DNA from: Patescibacteria group bacterium
GTDB taxonomy: Bacteria; Patescibacteriota; Patescibacteriia; UBA1558; GWA2-36-10
Length of the DNA stretch: 64,000 nucleotides
Assembly (NCBI GenBank): GCA_041650755.1
Contig: JBAZKN010000003.1
Coordinates: 18,060 to 82,059, forward strand
Direction of reading: 5' to 3'
The position numbers and the translations under genes are program-made. Each line of letters opens with the position of its first letter. Within the stretch, counting starts at the first letter, position 1. Under the pieces are notes generated by a model that was not told the DNA's origin, ran no database searches, and saw nothing but the letters and a program-made list of their open reading frames with translations. Of the stretch, positions 18,984 to 28,345 are shown piece by piece.

Positions 18984-20027
18984 GTGGTTCTTTTGAAAGT
19001 CTGTCAACAATTACAACCCATAGGAGGAGTCGAAATGAACAGAACCGTGTCGATTCAGCGACGATCTGTCAAAGCGGCTCCTTCAGTAAATGGAGCCGAA
19101 AAGAAACGCAGTTGGTTGAATGCCGTAAAACTGCACACGAGGCGCATTGCCATTGAGTTGTTGAATCTCCTGATTAATCATGACTTGCTGTTCTGGTTGG
19201 TCGGGTTGGTCAACAAAAAGGTTAATCTGATTGAGTCCGTATTCCTGGTTTATCCGGCGAATGAGAAATATGCGCTGGCGTATGTATACCCGTGTCGCCT
19301 ACCAAAGGTAAAGTGGAATCCCATCCCGGGCGGGCTGTTGTGGCAAAACGGAAAATTAACCGTCATGTTCATGATTTCCGCAACCAATGGCCAATTCACT
19401 GATCCACAGAATACGGAAAATCTCCGTCGGATGTCCGATCGAATGGAAAGGCTGCGCCAACTGTTTGGTGCCAGGAGAAAGACGTTTGCCGGAATAGTAC
19501 CCGGAGTCCTGTACGCAGGGAAAATCATCCGGGAAGCTCCGGAAGCGGATTTGACCGCCCAGGCGGTTGCCCAGGCAATTGATTCAGTGAAAGTTGAAGA
19601 ATCGCTTGGCGACGACACGCCGGTCATCATCCTTGGTGGCAGAGGTTTTATCGGCCGTCGAGTAATCGGGTTACTCAAAGATTCTAATGTCTTCAGTATT
19701 GACTCGTCAGACGGTCAGGGCAGTAAAGATTGGCCAAACCACCTTCGCGGGCAGCGAGTCATCGTTGTCAACATCACTCTCAACAATGCCCTTAAGGATT
19801 ACCTTGACGTAATCTGGCCGGGCACGGTGGTGATCAATGAGGTTTATCCTGAGCCGAACTCGGCTATTCTGGAGAGACTGAAAAACAATGGCTGCAGCTG
19901 TCATCACGTGGTTGGTGTCCAAGCCAACGCCTTTCCGTCTTTTCCGGCAGCTTATCATGGAGCGATTCCTTGTTGCGCGGCATGGCCTTCGTCAGAAATG
20001 AAGGTCGTCGTGCGAAGAATCGTTTAG
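18984..20027 (+). CDS. NAD(P)-binding Rossmann-fold protein, function unknown
   Basis: ILGGRGFIGRR (GxGxxG); probable start MNRTVS at 19035 with AGGAGG RBS; GC-rich, co-oriented islet with the FadL gene. Confidence 0.4.
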   Translation: MVLLKVCQQLQPIGGVEMNRTVSIQRRSVKAAPSVNGAEKKRSWLNAVKLHTRRIAIELLNLLINHDLLFWLVGLVNKKVNLIESVFLVYPANEKYALAYVYPCRLPKVKWNPIPGGLLWQNGKLTVMFMISATNGQFTDPQNTENLRRMSDRMERLRQLFGARRKTFAGIVPGVLYAGKIIREAPEADLTAQAVAQAIDSVKVEESLGDDTPVIILGGRGFIGRRVIGLLKDSNVFSIDSSDGQGSKDWPNHLRGQRVIVVNITLNNALKDYLDVIWPGTVVINEVYPEPNSAILERLKNNGCSCHHVVGVQANAFPSFPAAYHGAIPCCAAWPSSEMKVVVRRIV

Positions 20028-20104
20028 CAGGCGGGTGTCTTTCCGAAGATGCCCGTCTTTTTTATTAGCTTAAAATGTTGTATAATAAACTTAGTTAATA
20101 AAAT

Positions 20105-22036
20105 ATGAGCATACTTTTTGATAAAATTAACATTCTATTGCTAGTTACCGCTTTATTAAATCTTTTTTTAGGGTTTATTATTTTTTTTAATGGTCGTAAT
20201 AAAAAGATTAATATTGTTTATACTTTGAATATCGTAACAATTATTAGCTGGGTTTTAGGGATGGTTTTATATCGTTCAGCTCCTTTAGAAACAAGTTTAT
20301 TCTGGTGTACAGTTTTATACATAGCGCCTACTTTGATTGCCAGCAGTTTTTTATATTTTACTTACATTTTTCCAATGAAGATTGATAGTAATGTGACTTT
20401 AAAGAGTGTCATAATTTTTTCTATTAATACGATTATCATAATAATGTTAGCTTGGCCTGGGTTGGTTATTAAAGCAGTGAATATTAATCCTGGATTTGAA
20501 AAAGAAATCATATTTACAAAGTTCTATTGGTTTTACTTTTTGTATATTGCCGGATTTTTTTCTTATGGTTTTCAAAGACTATTTTTGCGGTATTTAAAGA
20601 GTTCAGGAATAGAACGTCTGCAAATAATTTATTTTTTATTGGGATATGCTATAGCGTCCAATTTAGCGTTTGTAACTAATTTGATAATGCCATGGATTGG
20701 TTATTTCTTTTTGAATTGGCTTGGTCAAGTATTTACAGTGACCATGGTTGGATTTACGACATATGCCATTCTCCGTTATCGCTTGATGGATATTCGTATC
20801 GTCGCCAGAAAACTTTTTATTTATATCGGAATAGCCGGCTTTGCTTATGGTATTTTTTATTTTTTAATTTGGTTTTATAATCATGCATTCGGTAGTGTAT
20901 TTTCTTCCGCCGCCTACGTTACTGGTTTGGTTGTAGCCCCGTTTTTTGTTTTAGCATTTTATAGTTTAGATAGGTACTTAAAGATTTTCGCAAATAAGTA
21001 CCTTTTTGTTTCTCTGTATAATTATCAAGACACCATAAGCAAACTAACCGACAAATTAAATTATTATATTGATCTGGATGAGATTATAGGTTTGATTGTT
21101 GATACTATCAAAAAAACAATGCAGTTAGACCGCGCAGGTGTTTTGTTGGTCAATTCGCAAACAGATCCTATTAAATACCAAATTGCCAAAGTAATTGGTT
21201 TTAATCGTCAAAATGGTATTTCGTTGGTTCAAGACAATTTCCTCACGAAATATTTGTCAAAAACACAGAAACCGTTAGTTCGAGATGAGCTTAATTTTTT
21301 AGTTAGAAATTTTAAAACTGTCGAAGAAAAGCAAAATTTTGAAAAATTATATGATCACATGAAGCATATTGAGGCATCTATATGTTTACCCTTGATGAGC
21401 AATCAAAAATTAATTGGCATTGTCGTCTTGGGGTCAAAAATATCAGGTGATGCTTACAGCAAGGAAGATTTGGAATTGCTTAATACGCTTGCCAATCAAG
21501 CCGGTATCGCCGTTGATAATGCCCGGCTTTATAAAGAAGTCCAGGACTTCAGCCAGACTCTAAAACAAAAAGTTAATGAGCAGACCAAAGAAATCAAAAC
21601 TCAAAGCAAAGACATTGAAGAGAAAAATAAATATCTTCAAGAGTTGCTGAATATGAAGACTGATTTTTTGCGGGTAGTCAACCATCAATTAAATACGCCG
21701 TTGGCGGTAATGAAAGGTTATTTTTCCATGATGGAAGAAGGATCATACCCGAAAGAAAAAGCGATGAAATCAGTCAAAGGCGGGTTGGAGAGGATCAGCT
21801 CAACGGTGTCAGACTTCTGGGATGCCTATGAGCTTGAAGGCGAAAGAATGAATATGGAGCCGCAAAAAACCGATATCACAGAAATCGTCAACCGTTTGAT
21901 TCCGGAAAAACAAAAGTTGCAGTTGGCCCAGGAAAGAAATTTGGAAGTATCCGTTAAAAAGCCTAATTTCAAAATACCCCTTGTTTGGTGCGACTACAAA
22001 AAAAACCGCTCATGTTATTTCCAACCTTTTGGATAA
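20105..22036 (+). CDS. sensor histidine kinase, N-terminal part (multi-pass membrane sensor + GAF-like + HisKA); frame broken near 3' end
   Basis: More than 7 hydrophobic helices, then H-box VNHQLNTPLAVMKGY; ORF terminates shortly after an A8 tract and the ATP-binding domain continues in another frame. Confidence 0.75.
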   Translation: MSILFDKINILLLVTALLNLFLGFIIFFNGRNKKINIVYTLNIVTIISWVLGMVLYRSAPLETSLFWCTVLYIAPTLIASSFLYFTYIFPMKIDSNVTLKSVIIFSINTIIIIMLAWPGLVIKAVNINPGFEKEIIFTKFYWFYFLYIAGFFSYGFQRLFLRYLKSSGIERLQIIYFLLGYAIASNLAFVTNLIMPWIGYFFLNWLGQVFTVTMVGFTTYAILRYRLMDIRIVARKLFIYIGIAGFAYGIFYFLIWFYNHAFGSVFSSAAYVTGLVVAPFFVLAFYSLDRYLKIFANKYLFVSLYNYQDTISKLTDKLNYYIDLDEIIGLIVDTIKKTMQLDRAGVLLVNSQTDPIKYQIAKVIGFNRQNGISLVQDNFLTKYLSKTQKPLVRDELNFLVRNFKTVEEKQNFEKLYDHMKHIEASICLPLMSNQKLIGIVVLGSKISGDAYSKEDLELLNTLANQAGIAVDNARLYKEVQDFSQTLKQKVNEQTKEIKTQSKDIEEKNKYLQELLNMKTDFLRVVNHQLNTPLAVMKGYFSMMEEGSYPKEKAMKSVKGGLERISSTVSDFWDAYELEGERMNMEPQKTDITEIVNRLIPEKQKLQLAQERNLEVSVKKPNFKIPLVWCDYKKNRSCYFQPFG

Positions 22037-22406
22037 CGCCGTTTATTATACCCGCAAAGGTGCAGTCACTCTTTCGTATGAAATGGCAGGCAAAGATTAT
22101 TTGAAAATAAATATCAAAGATACCGGTGTGGGCATATCCGAAGAAGGCAAGAAAAAACTGTTTCAAAAATTTTCCCGCGGTCAGAACGCCACCGACCTTC
22201 GGCCGGACGGTTCCGGGCTCGGACTGTTTATCGCCAAAAAAATCGTTGAAGGAAACAACGGGGAAATATCCTGTTTCAGCGAAGGCATAGGCAAAGGCTC
22301 AACTTTCAGTTTTACTATTCCTATTTACAAAAACCAGCAGACAGCCATAGGACAAGAAAAGCCGGTTACCAGAGAAAAAAAGATTGTCATATTCGACCAA
22401 GATTAA
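21981..22406 (+). CDS. histidine kinase HATPase_c domain (out-of-frame continuation of 20105..22036)
   Basis: N-box NLLDNAVYYT, G1 DTGVGI, G2 GSGLGLFIAK. Confidence 0.7.
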   Translation: MFGATTKKTAHVISNLLDNAVYYTRKGAVTLSYEMAGKDYLKINIKDTGVGISEEGKKKLFQKFSRGQNATDLRPDGSGLGLFIAKKIVEGNNGEISCFSEGIGKGSTFSFTIPIYKNQQTAIGQEKPVTREKKIVIFDQD

Positions 22407-22425
22407 TTAATTTAAAAATTGACAT

Positions 22426-22863
22426 ATGAAACCTACCAACATAATGAAGTCAGACAAAGGCCGAATCCTTTTGGTTGAAGACGAACAGGGTTTGGTTGAC
22501 ATTTACCATGATTTTTTGCTGAATAACGGCTATGATTTTTTATCCACCAAAAACATTGAAGAGGCTTTAACGCTGACTGAATTTGAGCAGCCCGATTTGG
22601 TCTTGCTTGATATCATTATTCCCAAGCCGGAGAATACCATTGCCGAACAGGGCTGGGAATATTTGGAGGCGGTGAAAAAAAATCCCAGGACCAAGGACAT
22701 TCCGATTGTCATTTTCACCAATCTTGATACGCACCGAGACAGAGTGAGAAGCCAAGAGATGGGCGCGGTGGCTTATATTTTTAAAAGGGATTGTACACCC
22801 AGAGAAGTGATGGAAGCAATCGATGAAATTATTAGAAGAGACAGGGAAAAGAAGAAAAAATGA
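22426..22863 (+). CDS. stand-alone response regulator receiver domain protein
   Basis: LLVEDE..DLVLLDIIIP phospho-acceptor Asp context; 145 aa, no output domain. Confidence 0.8.
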   Translation: MKPTNIMKSDKGRILLVEDEQGLVDIYHDFLLNNGYDFLSTKNIEEALTLTEFEQPDLVLLDIIIPKPENTIAEQGWEYLEAVKKNPRTKDIPIVIFTNLDTHRDRVRSQEMGAVAYIFKRDCTPREVMEAIDEIIRRDREKKKK

Positions 22864-23047
22864 TAATTTGACAATCAAGATCATTTTTTATTAAGATAAA
22901 AACATAATTGAATCAATCGACATGGCGCGCCGGTTTTTGGTGCGTTTTATTTAAAATTGATTGACGTTGCCCATAGCATGCAGTGAATCAATGTGAAGTT
23001 TATTCAAGCGGTATAATTAAGTTTATAGTAATCACTAATCGGTATGT

Positions 23048-24046
23048 ATGGATAAAGTTATAGAATTGATAAAATTAAATTACGGCCTATTGCCCAGGTT
23101 AGTTAAGATAATTGACGGGGGCTATTTAGGTAATAATTATTTTCTCACAAGCGGAAAAGGCAACTTTTTTCTTAAGGGATATTGTTATCAAGACATTAGT
23201 AAAGTAGAGGAAATACAGAAGATTGAGTTTTTTTTGGCTGATGGTGGTATCCCCGTGATATTACCCATAAAAAATAATCAAGGATTATATATTTTTACAG
23301 TCGAAGGAATTCATTATTCCTTGTTCCCTTATATTGAAGGGCGCATTGTCCATCGCGACGATCTCACTCAAAAGGTATTTGAATCGGCTGGAAAAATGTT
23401 GGCGCGTATTCATTTACTGAGTAAAAATGGTATTCCTGATTTTGTAACTGAAATAATAAGTCCATATAATAAAAGTATATTTTCAGAAGAATTACAACTT
23501 ATCGAAAAGAAGTTAGAAGATAAGACTCAATTGGATAGCTTTGATCAATTAGCAAGAGAGGCAATTTATTTTAAGAAAAATGCTGTTGAAAGGAATAAAA
23601 TTAAGTATCAAGATCTGAATTTACCTGATAGCCACCTTATCCACGGAGATTACCACGAAGCAAATTTATTCTTTGACGGAAACGAGAATGTAAGTCATGT
23701 CTTTGATTTGGAAAAAGCCAAACGTGCGCCGCGGGTTTATGATATTATTCGTGCGATGGATTCCATGTGTTTTTTTACTCATTTTGAAAACCATAATTTT
23801 GAAAATGCTAAAAGTTTTATTCAGGCGTATGGCTCAATATATCCGCTTGATCAAGTTGAATTTGAAACAGGCATAAAGTACTATTATCTTAAAAAAATAC
23901 ACTCGCTTTTGATTGAGAAAGAACATTATCTTAAACATAATAACCGACTAAATGATTTTTTAAAAAGCGATTTAGTTTCATTATCTTATTATTCATCAAA
24001 TTTAGAAAATTATACCAAACGTCTGATGGAATTTTTGAGAACCTAA
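23048..24046 (+). CDS. phosphotransferase-family kinase (APH/CotS/homoserine-kinase-II-like)
   Basis: Brenner motif HGDYHEANLFFD; downstream DLEKA. Confidence 0.6.
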   Translation: MDKVIELIKLNYGLLPRLVKIIDGGYLGNNYFLTSGKGNFFLKGYCYQDISKVEEIQKIEFFLADGGIPVILPIKNNQGLYIFTVEGIHYSLFPYIEGRIVHRDDLTQKVFESAGKMLARIHLLSKNGIPDFVTEIISPYNKSIFSEELQLIEKKLEDKTQLDSFDQLAREAIYFKKNAVERNKIKYQDLNLPDSHLIHGDYHEANLFFDGNENVSHVFDLEKAKRAPRVYDIIRAMDSMCFFTHFENHNFENAKSFIQAYGSIYPLDQVEFETGIKYYYLKKIHSLLIEKEHYLKHNNRLNDFLKSDLVSLSYYSSNLENYTKRLMEFLRT

Positions 24047-24058
24047 ATATATTATTAA

Positions 24059-25381
24059 ATGTATAGTATGATTTTAAATGAAGACAAAATCATAATCGAA
24101 ATTGATACCATTATTATAGGAGGTGGTATTTCAGCCATCTTTGTTGGTTTGGAATTTATTAACAAGGGTTTTAATGATTTCGTGATTTTAGAGAAAGAAG
24201 ATAGACCGGGCGGCTTATGTCGCTCTTTTCAGTTTGGAGAATTATATTACGATTTGGGCGCTCATGCTTTGCATAAACAAGCTATATTGTCGTCTGACAA
24301 ACTAAGGGAAACTATTAATCCAAATAAACTATATTGTCAGAAGAGAAAAGCTAAAGTATTTATCTTTGATAAATTGATTCCGCACCCTTTTCAATTGCAT
24401 ATTTTTTACGCCCCAATGAATATCAAGCTCAAATGTTTTTATGGTTATTTAGTCAAGAAGAATATAATGCCAGGTAACCTTAAAGAGTGGTTATTATCTA
24501 AATTTGGCAAACAGGTTTGTGAATATTTTCTATTTCCCTATAATGAAAAAGCGTGGCGAACCGATTTAAGTAATATATCTTTGAATTGGATCAACCGAGT
24601 ATCGGCCGGTAATTCAAAATTTATAAAAGGATTATTTTTTAAAGGTGATAAAAATTATAGTTCAAACGAATTTGTTTGTTATCCGTCAAACGGTGGCTTT
24701 GAAAATTTATTTTCAGACGGCATAAAAAAATTATCCAGTTTTATTAAGATTAATGAAGAGGTGATTGGAGTTGATTTGGAAAATAAATTAGTACAGGTTA
24801 AGAATGGGGTCGTATATCATTACGATAAATTAATTTCAACGGTGCCAATAGATATTTTGGTAACAAGACTAATCGAGACCAAGGATAATGAAATTATCAA
24901 ATTGGTAAGTGGGCTGGAAAAAGTTTCCACATGTATCGTCACTTTTTTGACGACAAAGCAATCGACTGATTTACAAAGAGTTTATGTTCCTGAGAAAAAG
25001 TATCTGAGTCAAAGAATTACCATTAATTCCAATTCGAGCGGATTTTTTAAGGAAAAGAGCGAGTCATTATTCTCTTTAGAAATTTCTTACAAAAAAAGAA
25101 ATGATTTACCTGCCGAAGATATTATTATCGACGACTGTAAAAAATTGCTCAAAGATGTCGGTTTGGTAAAATCTAATAATGACATTAAGAATTTTAAAAT
25201 AGAGTTTTTCGAGTATATGTATCCCACACAGACCGTTCGACTGGACAATATAATTTTGCAGACAAAATCATATTTGCAGAAATACGATTGTTATACAATT
25301 GGTCGATTTGGATCATGGAATTATGCCAATATTGATGGTATACTGGATGAAGGAATTGAATTAATTGATAAATATTTTTAA
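24059..25381 (+). CDS. FAD/NAD(P)-binding oxidoreductase (amine oxidase/protoporphyrinogen oxidase-like)
   Basis: Dinucleotide-binding IIIGGGISAIFVGLEF..ILEKEDRPGG at N-terminus; 12 nt after upstream stop. Confidence 0.55.
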   Translation: MYSMILNEDKIIIEIDTIIIGGGISAIFVGLEFINKGFNDFVILEKEDRPGGLCRSFQFGELYYDLGAHALHKQAILSSDKLRETINPNKLYCQKRKAKVFIFDKLIPHPFQLHIFYAPMNIKLKCFYGYLVKKNIMPGNLKEWLLSKFGKQVCEYFLFPYNEKAWRTDLSNISLNWINRVSAGNSKFIKGLFFKGDKNYSSNEFVCYPSNGGFENLFSDGIKKLSSFIKINEEVIGVDLENKLVQVKNGVVYHYDKLISTVPIDILVTRLIETKDNEIIKLVSGLEKVSTCIVTFLTTKQSTDLQRVYVPEKKYLSQRITINSNSSGFFKEKSESLFSLEISYKKRNDLPAEDIIIDDCKKLLKDVGLVKSNNDIKNFKIEFFEYMYPTQTVRLDNIILQTKSYLQKYDCYTIGRFGSWNYANIDGILDEGIELIDKYF

Positions 25382-26567
25382 AATTATGACAATAAATACT
25401 GATGCAAAAAAAATTGAGGAGCTTCTGACACGCGGAGTCGAAGAGGTAATTGAAAAAGATATCTTAAAAAATAAACTGAGGACCGGAAGGCAATTGAGAG
25501 TGAAATTAGGTATTGACCCCACAAGTCCAAACATTCATATCGGCAGATCAATCCCTCTGCTTAAATTGCGAGATTTTCAGGAGTTGGGGCATAAAGTAGT
25601 TTTTATAATTGGTGATTTTACCGGAGTGATTGGCGATACATCCGACAAAGACAGTGAACGGCCGATGCTAAGTGAGAGACAGGTTAATGAAAATATGAAA
25701 AGTTACATTGAGCAGGCCAAGAAAATCATTGATATAGAAAAGTGCGAAGTTCACTATAATAGTGAATGGTTAAAAAAATTGGATTATCATGAAATTGGCA
25801 GGCAAGCGGACGTATTTTCCTTAAATGAATTTATTTCAAGAGAAAATATTAGAAAGAGGCTGGATTCTGGTAAAACCATATCGTTGAGAGAGTTACTGTA
25901 CCCATTAATGCAGGGTTATGATTCCGTAGCAATAAAAGCGGATGTAGAAATTGGCGGGACAGACCAAAGATTTAATTTATTGGCTGGCAGAGAATTGCAA
26001 AGACACTATAAACAAGAACCCCAGGATATTATTACTAATCCTCTAATTGAAGGACTAGATGGTAGGAAAATGAGTTCTAGCTGGGGTAATACTATCAACT
26101 TATTTGATTCAGCTAATGATATATATGGTAAAGTCATGTCTTTGCAAGACGAACTAATTGTAAAATATTTTGTTTTAACAACCAGAGTGGATTTGGCTGA
26201 AATTAATAAGTTGGATAATGAAATGCGATCAGGTAAAAATCCCAGAGATTTGAAAATGAGGTTGGCTTTTGAGATCGTTAAATTTTATCATTCAGCAGAC
26301 CAAGCCAAAGAAGCTGAAAAATATTTTATTAATACTTTCAGCAAAAAAGAAATTCCGGATAATATTCCTTCGTTAAAGCCAAGCCAATATGATATCGTGA
26401 CTGTTCTCTTGGAATCTAAAATTTCACCGACAAAGTCCGAAGCCAGACGGGTTATTGAACAAGGTGGAGTTAAGGTTAATAGTACGGTTGTTGATGATTT
26501 AAAAAAGATAGTAGAAGTAGGGGACGTTATTCAGAAAGGTAAAAGATTTTTTGTAAAAATTGCTTAA
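25365..26567 (+). CDS. tyrS: tyrosine--tRNA ligase
   Basis: Class I signatures HIGR (HIGH variant) and KMSSS (KMSKS variant); C-terminal S4-like domain; overlaps the oxidoreductase gene by 17 nt (alt start M8 at 25386). Confidence 0.85.
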   Translation: MINIFKIMTINTDAKKIEELLTRGVEEVIEKDILKNKLRTGRQLRVKLGIDPTSPNIHIGRSIPLLKLRDFQELGHKVVFIIGDFTGVIGDTSDKDSERPMLSERQVNENMKSYIEQAKKIIDIEKCEVHYNSEWLKKLDYHEIGRQADVFSLNEFISRENIRKRLDSGKTISLRELLYPLMQGYDSVAIKADVEIGGTDQRFNLLAGRELQRHYKQEPQDIITNPLIEGLDGRKMSSSWGNTINLFDSANDIYGKVMSLQDELIVKYFVLTTRVDLAEINKLDNEMRSGKNPRDLKMRLAFEIVKFYHSADQAKEAEKYFINTFSKKEIPDNIPSLKPSQYDIVTVLLESKISPTKSEARRVIEQGGVKVNSTVVDDLKKIVEVGDVIQKGKRFFVKIA

Positions 26568-26588
26568 TTAATCAACTAATTAAATAAC

Positions 26589-28265
26589 ATGAGACTAAAA
26601 TTTAAATTGGATAAATATTTTTTGAATCCACAAAATGATAACTGCGATGAGCTTTTTAAACAGATATCCATTTTAGACAAAGCGATTCAGAAATTAAAAA
26701 AAGTAAATCAATCTAGGATTCCCGGAATAGTATCTAAAAAGTACGAAAGTTATTTAAAAAAATCTTTCATACCGCAAAATGAACAAAATCCAGCGAAAGT
26801 AATGGCCGAATTATCGGAGCTCTTTAAGGGCGCAGTTAGATGGCATCATCCTGGCACGATGATCAACGTAACACCGCCACCGTTAATTTCGACAGTAGCG
26901 GCTTCGACAATGACGATGCTATATAATCCTAATCTGGCAATTGATGTTTCTTGTGGCGGTCTAAGCGTCTCTGAATTAGAGGTGACTAAACATATGGCGA
27001 CATTAGTAAACTGGGATTGGCACAAAGCTTTTGGCGTCTTTACCTTTGGTGGTAAGGGAACCAATTTATATGCCGTTAAGGTAGCTTTAAATCGGTACCG
27101 TTCTGATTTTAAAGAGAAAGGACTGCAGGGCAAAGTCGCAATAACCTCAACCGAGCAGGGCCATCCTTGTCATATTGAAGTATGCGATTGGCTTGGCTTA
27201 GGCAGATCCAATTGCCTTAGATTGCCTCTAGATTCCACGGGAAGAATTGACTCAAAACAGGCTGAAAAAATAACCTCATCTTTTATTGAAGAAGGAGGCG
27301 CTATTCCATGCATGATAGTCAACGGTGGAACCACGCTGCATAATACCGTTGATCCGATTAAGAAAATGGTGCAATTAAGAGATCGGTTGGTTAAGAAGTA
27401 TAAATTAAAATATAAGCCTCATGTTCACGTTGATTCAGTTTTGGGTTGGGCTTGGCTTTTCTTTAAAGATTATGATTTTAAAAGTAATCCAGAGAAATTA
27501 AATAAAATAGCAATCAAGAAATTAGAGAACATGTATAAGCGGTTGTCAGAAATTGAATTTGCCGATTCTTTTGGAGTGGATTTTCATAAAACCGGTTTTT
27601 GTCCTTATCTATCAAGTGTGTTTATCGCAAAAGATAAAAAATGGATTGATAATCTTGGTGTGTCCCCACAACCATCATTGGCTGAATTGCAATTTGGTAA
27701 TTATTCGCCCTTTACTTATACCTTAGAATCATCCAGACCTTTAACTGGGTCGGTATCGGCTTTAGTCGCTTTAAGATCGCTGGGCATGCGAGGTTTCAGA
27801 AAAATTATTTCCGATTTGGTGAGTAGTACGGAAATAATCAAAAGACGATTTAATGAGATGAAGGGGTTTTGCGTGGCAAATCCCGAAGATGAAAATTTCG
27901 TTACCCTGTTTATGGTGTTGCCGCCAGATATTGATAGTAGCTATAAAGAAGCTTTAAATGCTGGTCGCGCTGTTGCCATTAGAGTTGCCGAGTATAATTA
28001 TAAATTTTATTTATTTTTAATGGAGAAACAAATTATTGGCGGCAGTTCTTTGGCCATTGACTACATTAGCGGCTACGAAAAATCGAAGTCAGACATCAAA
28101 CTGGGAGTGTTGAAAATGTATCCAGTTTCACCATATTTTGATACCAAATATGTCGACCAGTTATCAAAGGAATTAGTTAAGTATAAAAAGGAATTTGAAA
28201 AAGTAGCCGATAAATTTAAACCCAAGGCCTGTCCTCACGTGCCAAAAAATTTAGTCCTAAGATAA
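26589..28265 (+). CDS. group II PLP-dependent decarboxylase (tyrosine/aromatic amino-acid decarboxylase-like)
   Basis: HHPGTMINVTPPPL and NPNLAIDVSCGGLSVSELEV segments characteristic of TDC/MfnA-type decarboxylases; 558 aa. Confidence 0.65.
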   Translation: MRLKFKLDKYFLNPQNDNCDELFKQISILDKAIQKLKKVNQSRIPGIVSKKYESYLKKSFIPQNEQNPAKVMAELSELFKGAVRWHHPGTMINVTPPPLISTVAASTMTMLYNPNLAIDVSCGGLSVSELEVTKHMATLVNWDWHKAFGVFTFGGKGTNLYAVKVALNRYRSDFKEKGLQGKVAITSTEQGHPCHIEVCDWLGLGRSNCLRLPLDSTGRIDSKQAEKITSSFIEEGGAIPCMIVNGGTTLHNTVDPIKKMVQLRDRLVKKYKLKYKPHVHVDSVLGWAWLFFKDYDFKSNPEKLNKIAIKKLENMYKRLSEIEFADSFGVDFHKTGFCPYLSSVFIAKDKKWIDNLGVSPQPSLAELQFGNYSPFTYTLESSRPLTGSVSALVALRSLGMRGFRKIISDLVSSTEIIKRRFNEMKGFCVANPEDENFVTLFMVLPPDIDSSYKEALNAGRAVAIRVAEYNYKFYLFLMEKQIIGGSSLAIDYISGYEKSKSDIKLGVLKMYPVSPYFDTKYVDQLSKELVKYKKEFEKVADKFKPKACPHVPKNLVLR

Positions 28266-28294
28266 GTTAAAATATTATCATCTGTCCTAAAAAA

Positions 28295-28340
28295 ATTGAG
28301 CCCCTTTTTCGTAGTTTGCAACTGACAGAAAAGGGGCCCG
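28295..28340. terminator. bidirectional terminator hairpin between convergent decarboxylase and tyrS-2 genes
   Basis: GAGCCCCTTTTTC..(loop)..GAAAAGGGGCCC stem with an A-run upstream and U-rich stem arm. Confidence 0.5.
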
Positions 28341-28345
28341 AGGTT

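Noticed and set aside
25300-25400. T-box leader upstream of tyrS
   Set aside because: tyrS start overlaps the preceding gene, leaving no leader; the second tyrS upstream region (29609-29884) is AT-rich without specifier/T-box sequence
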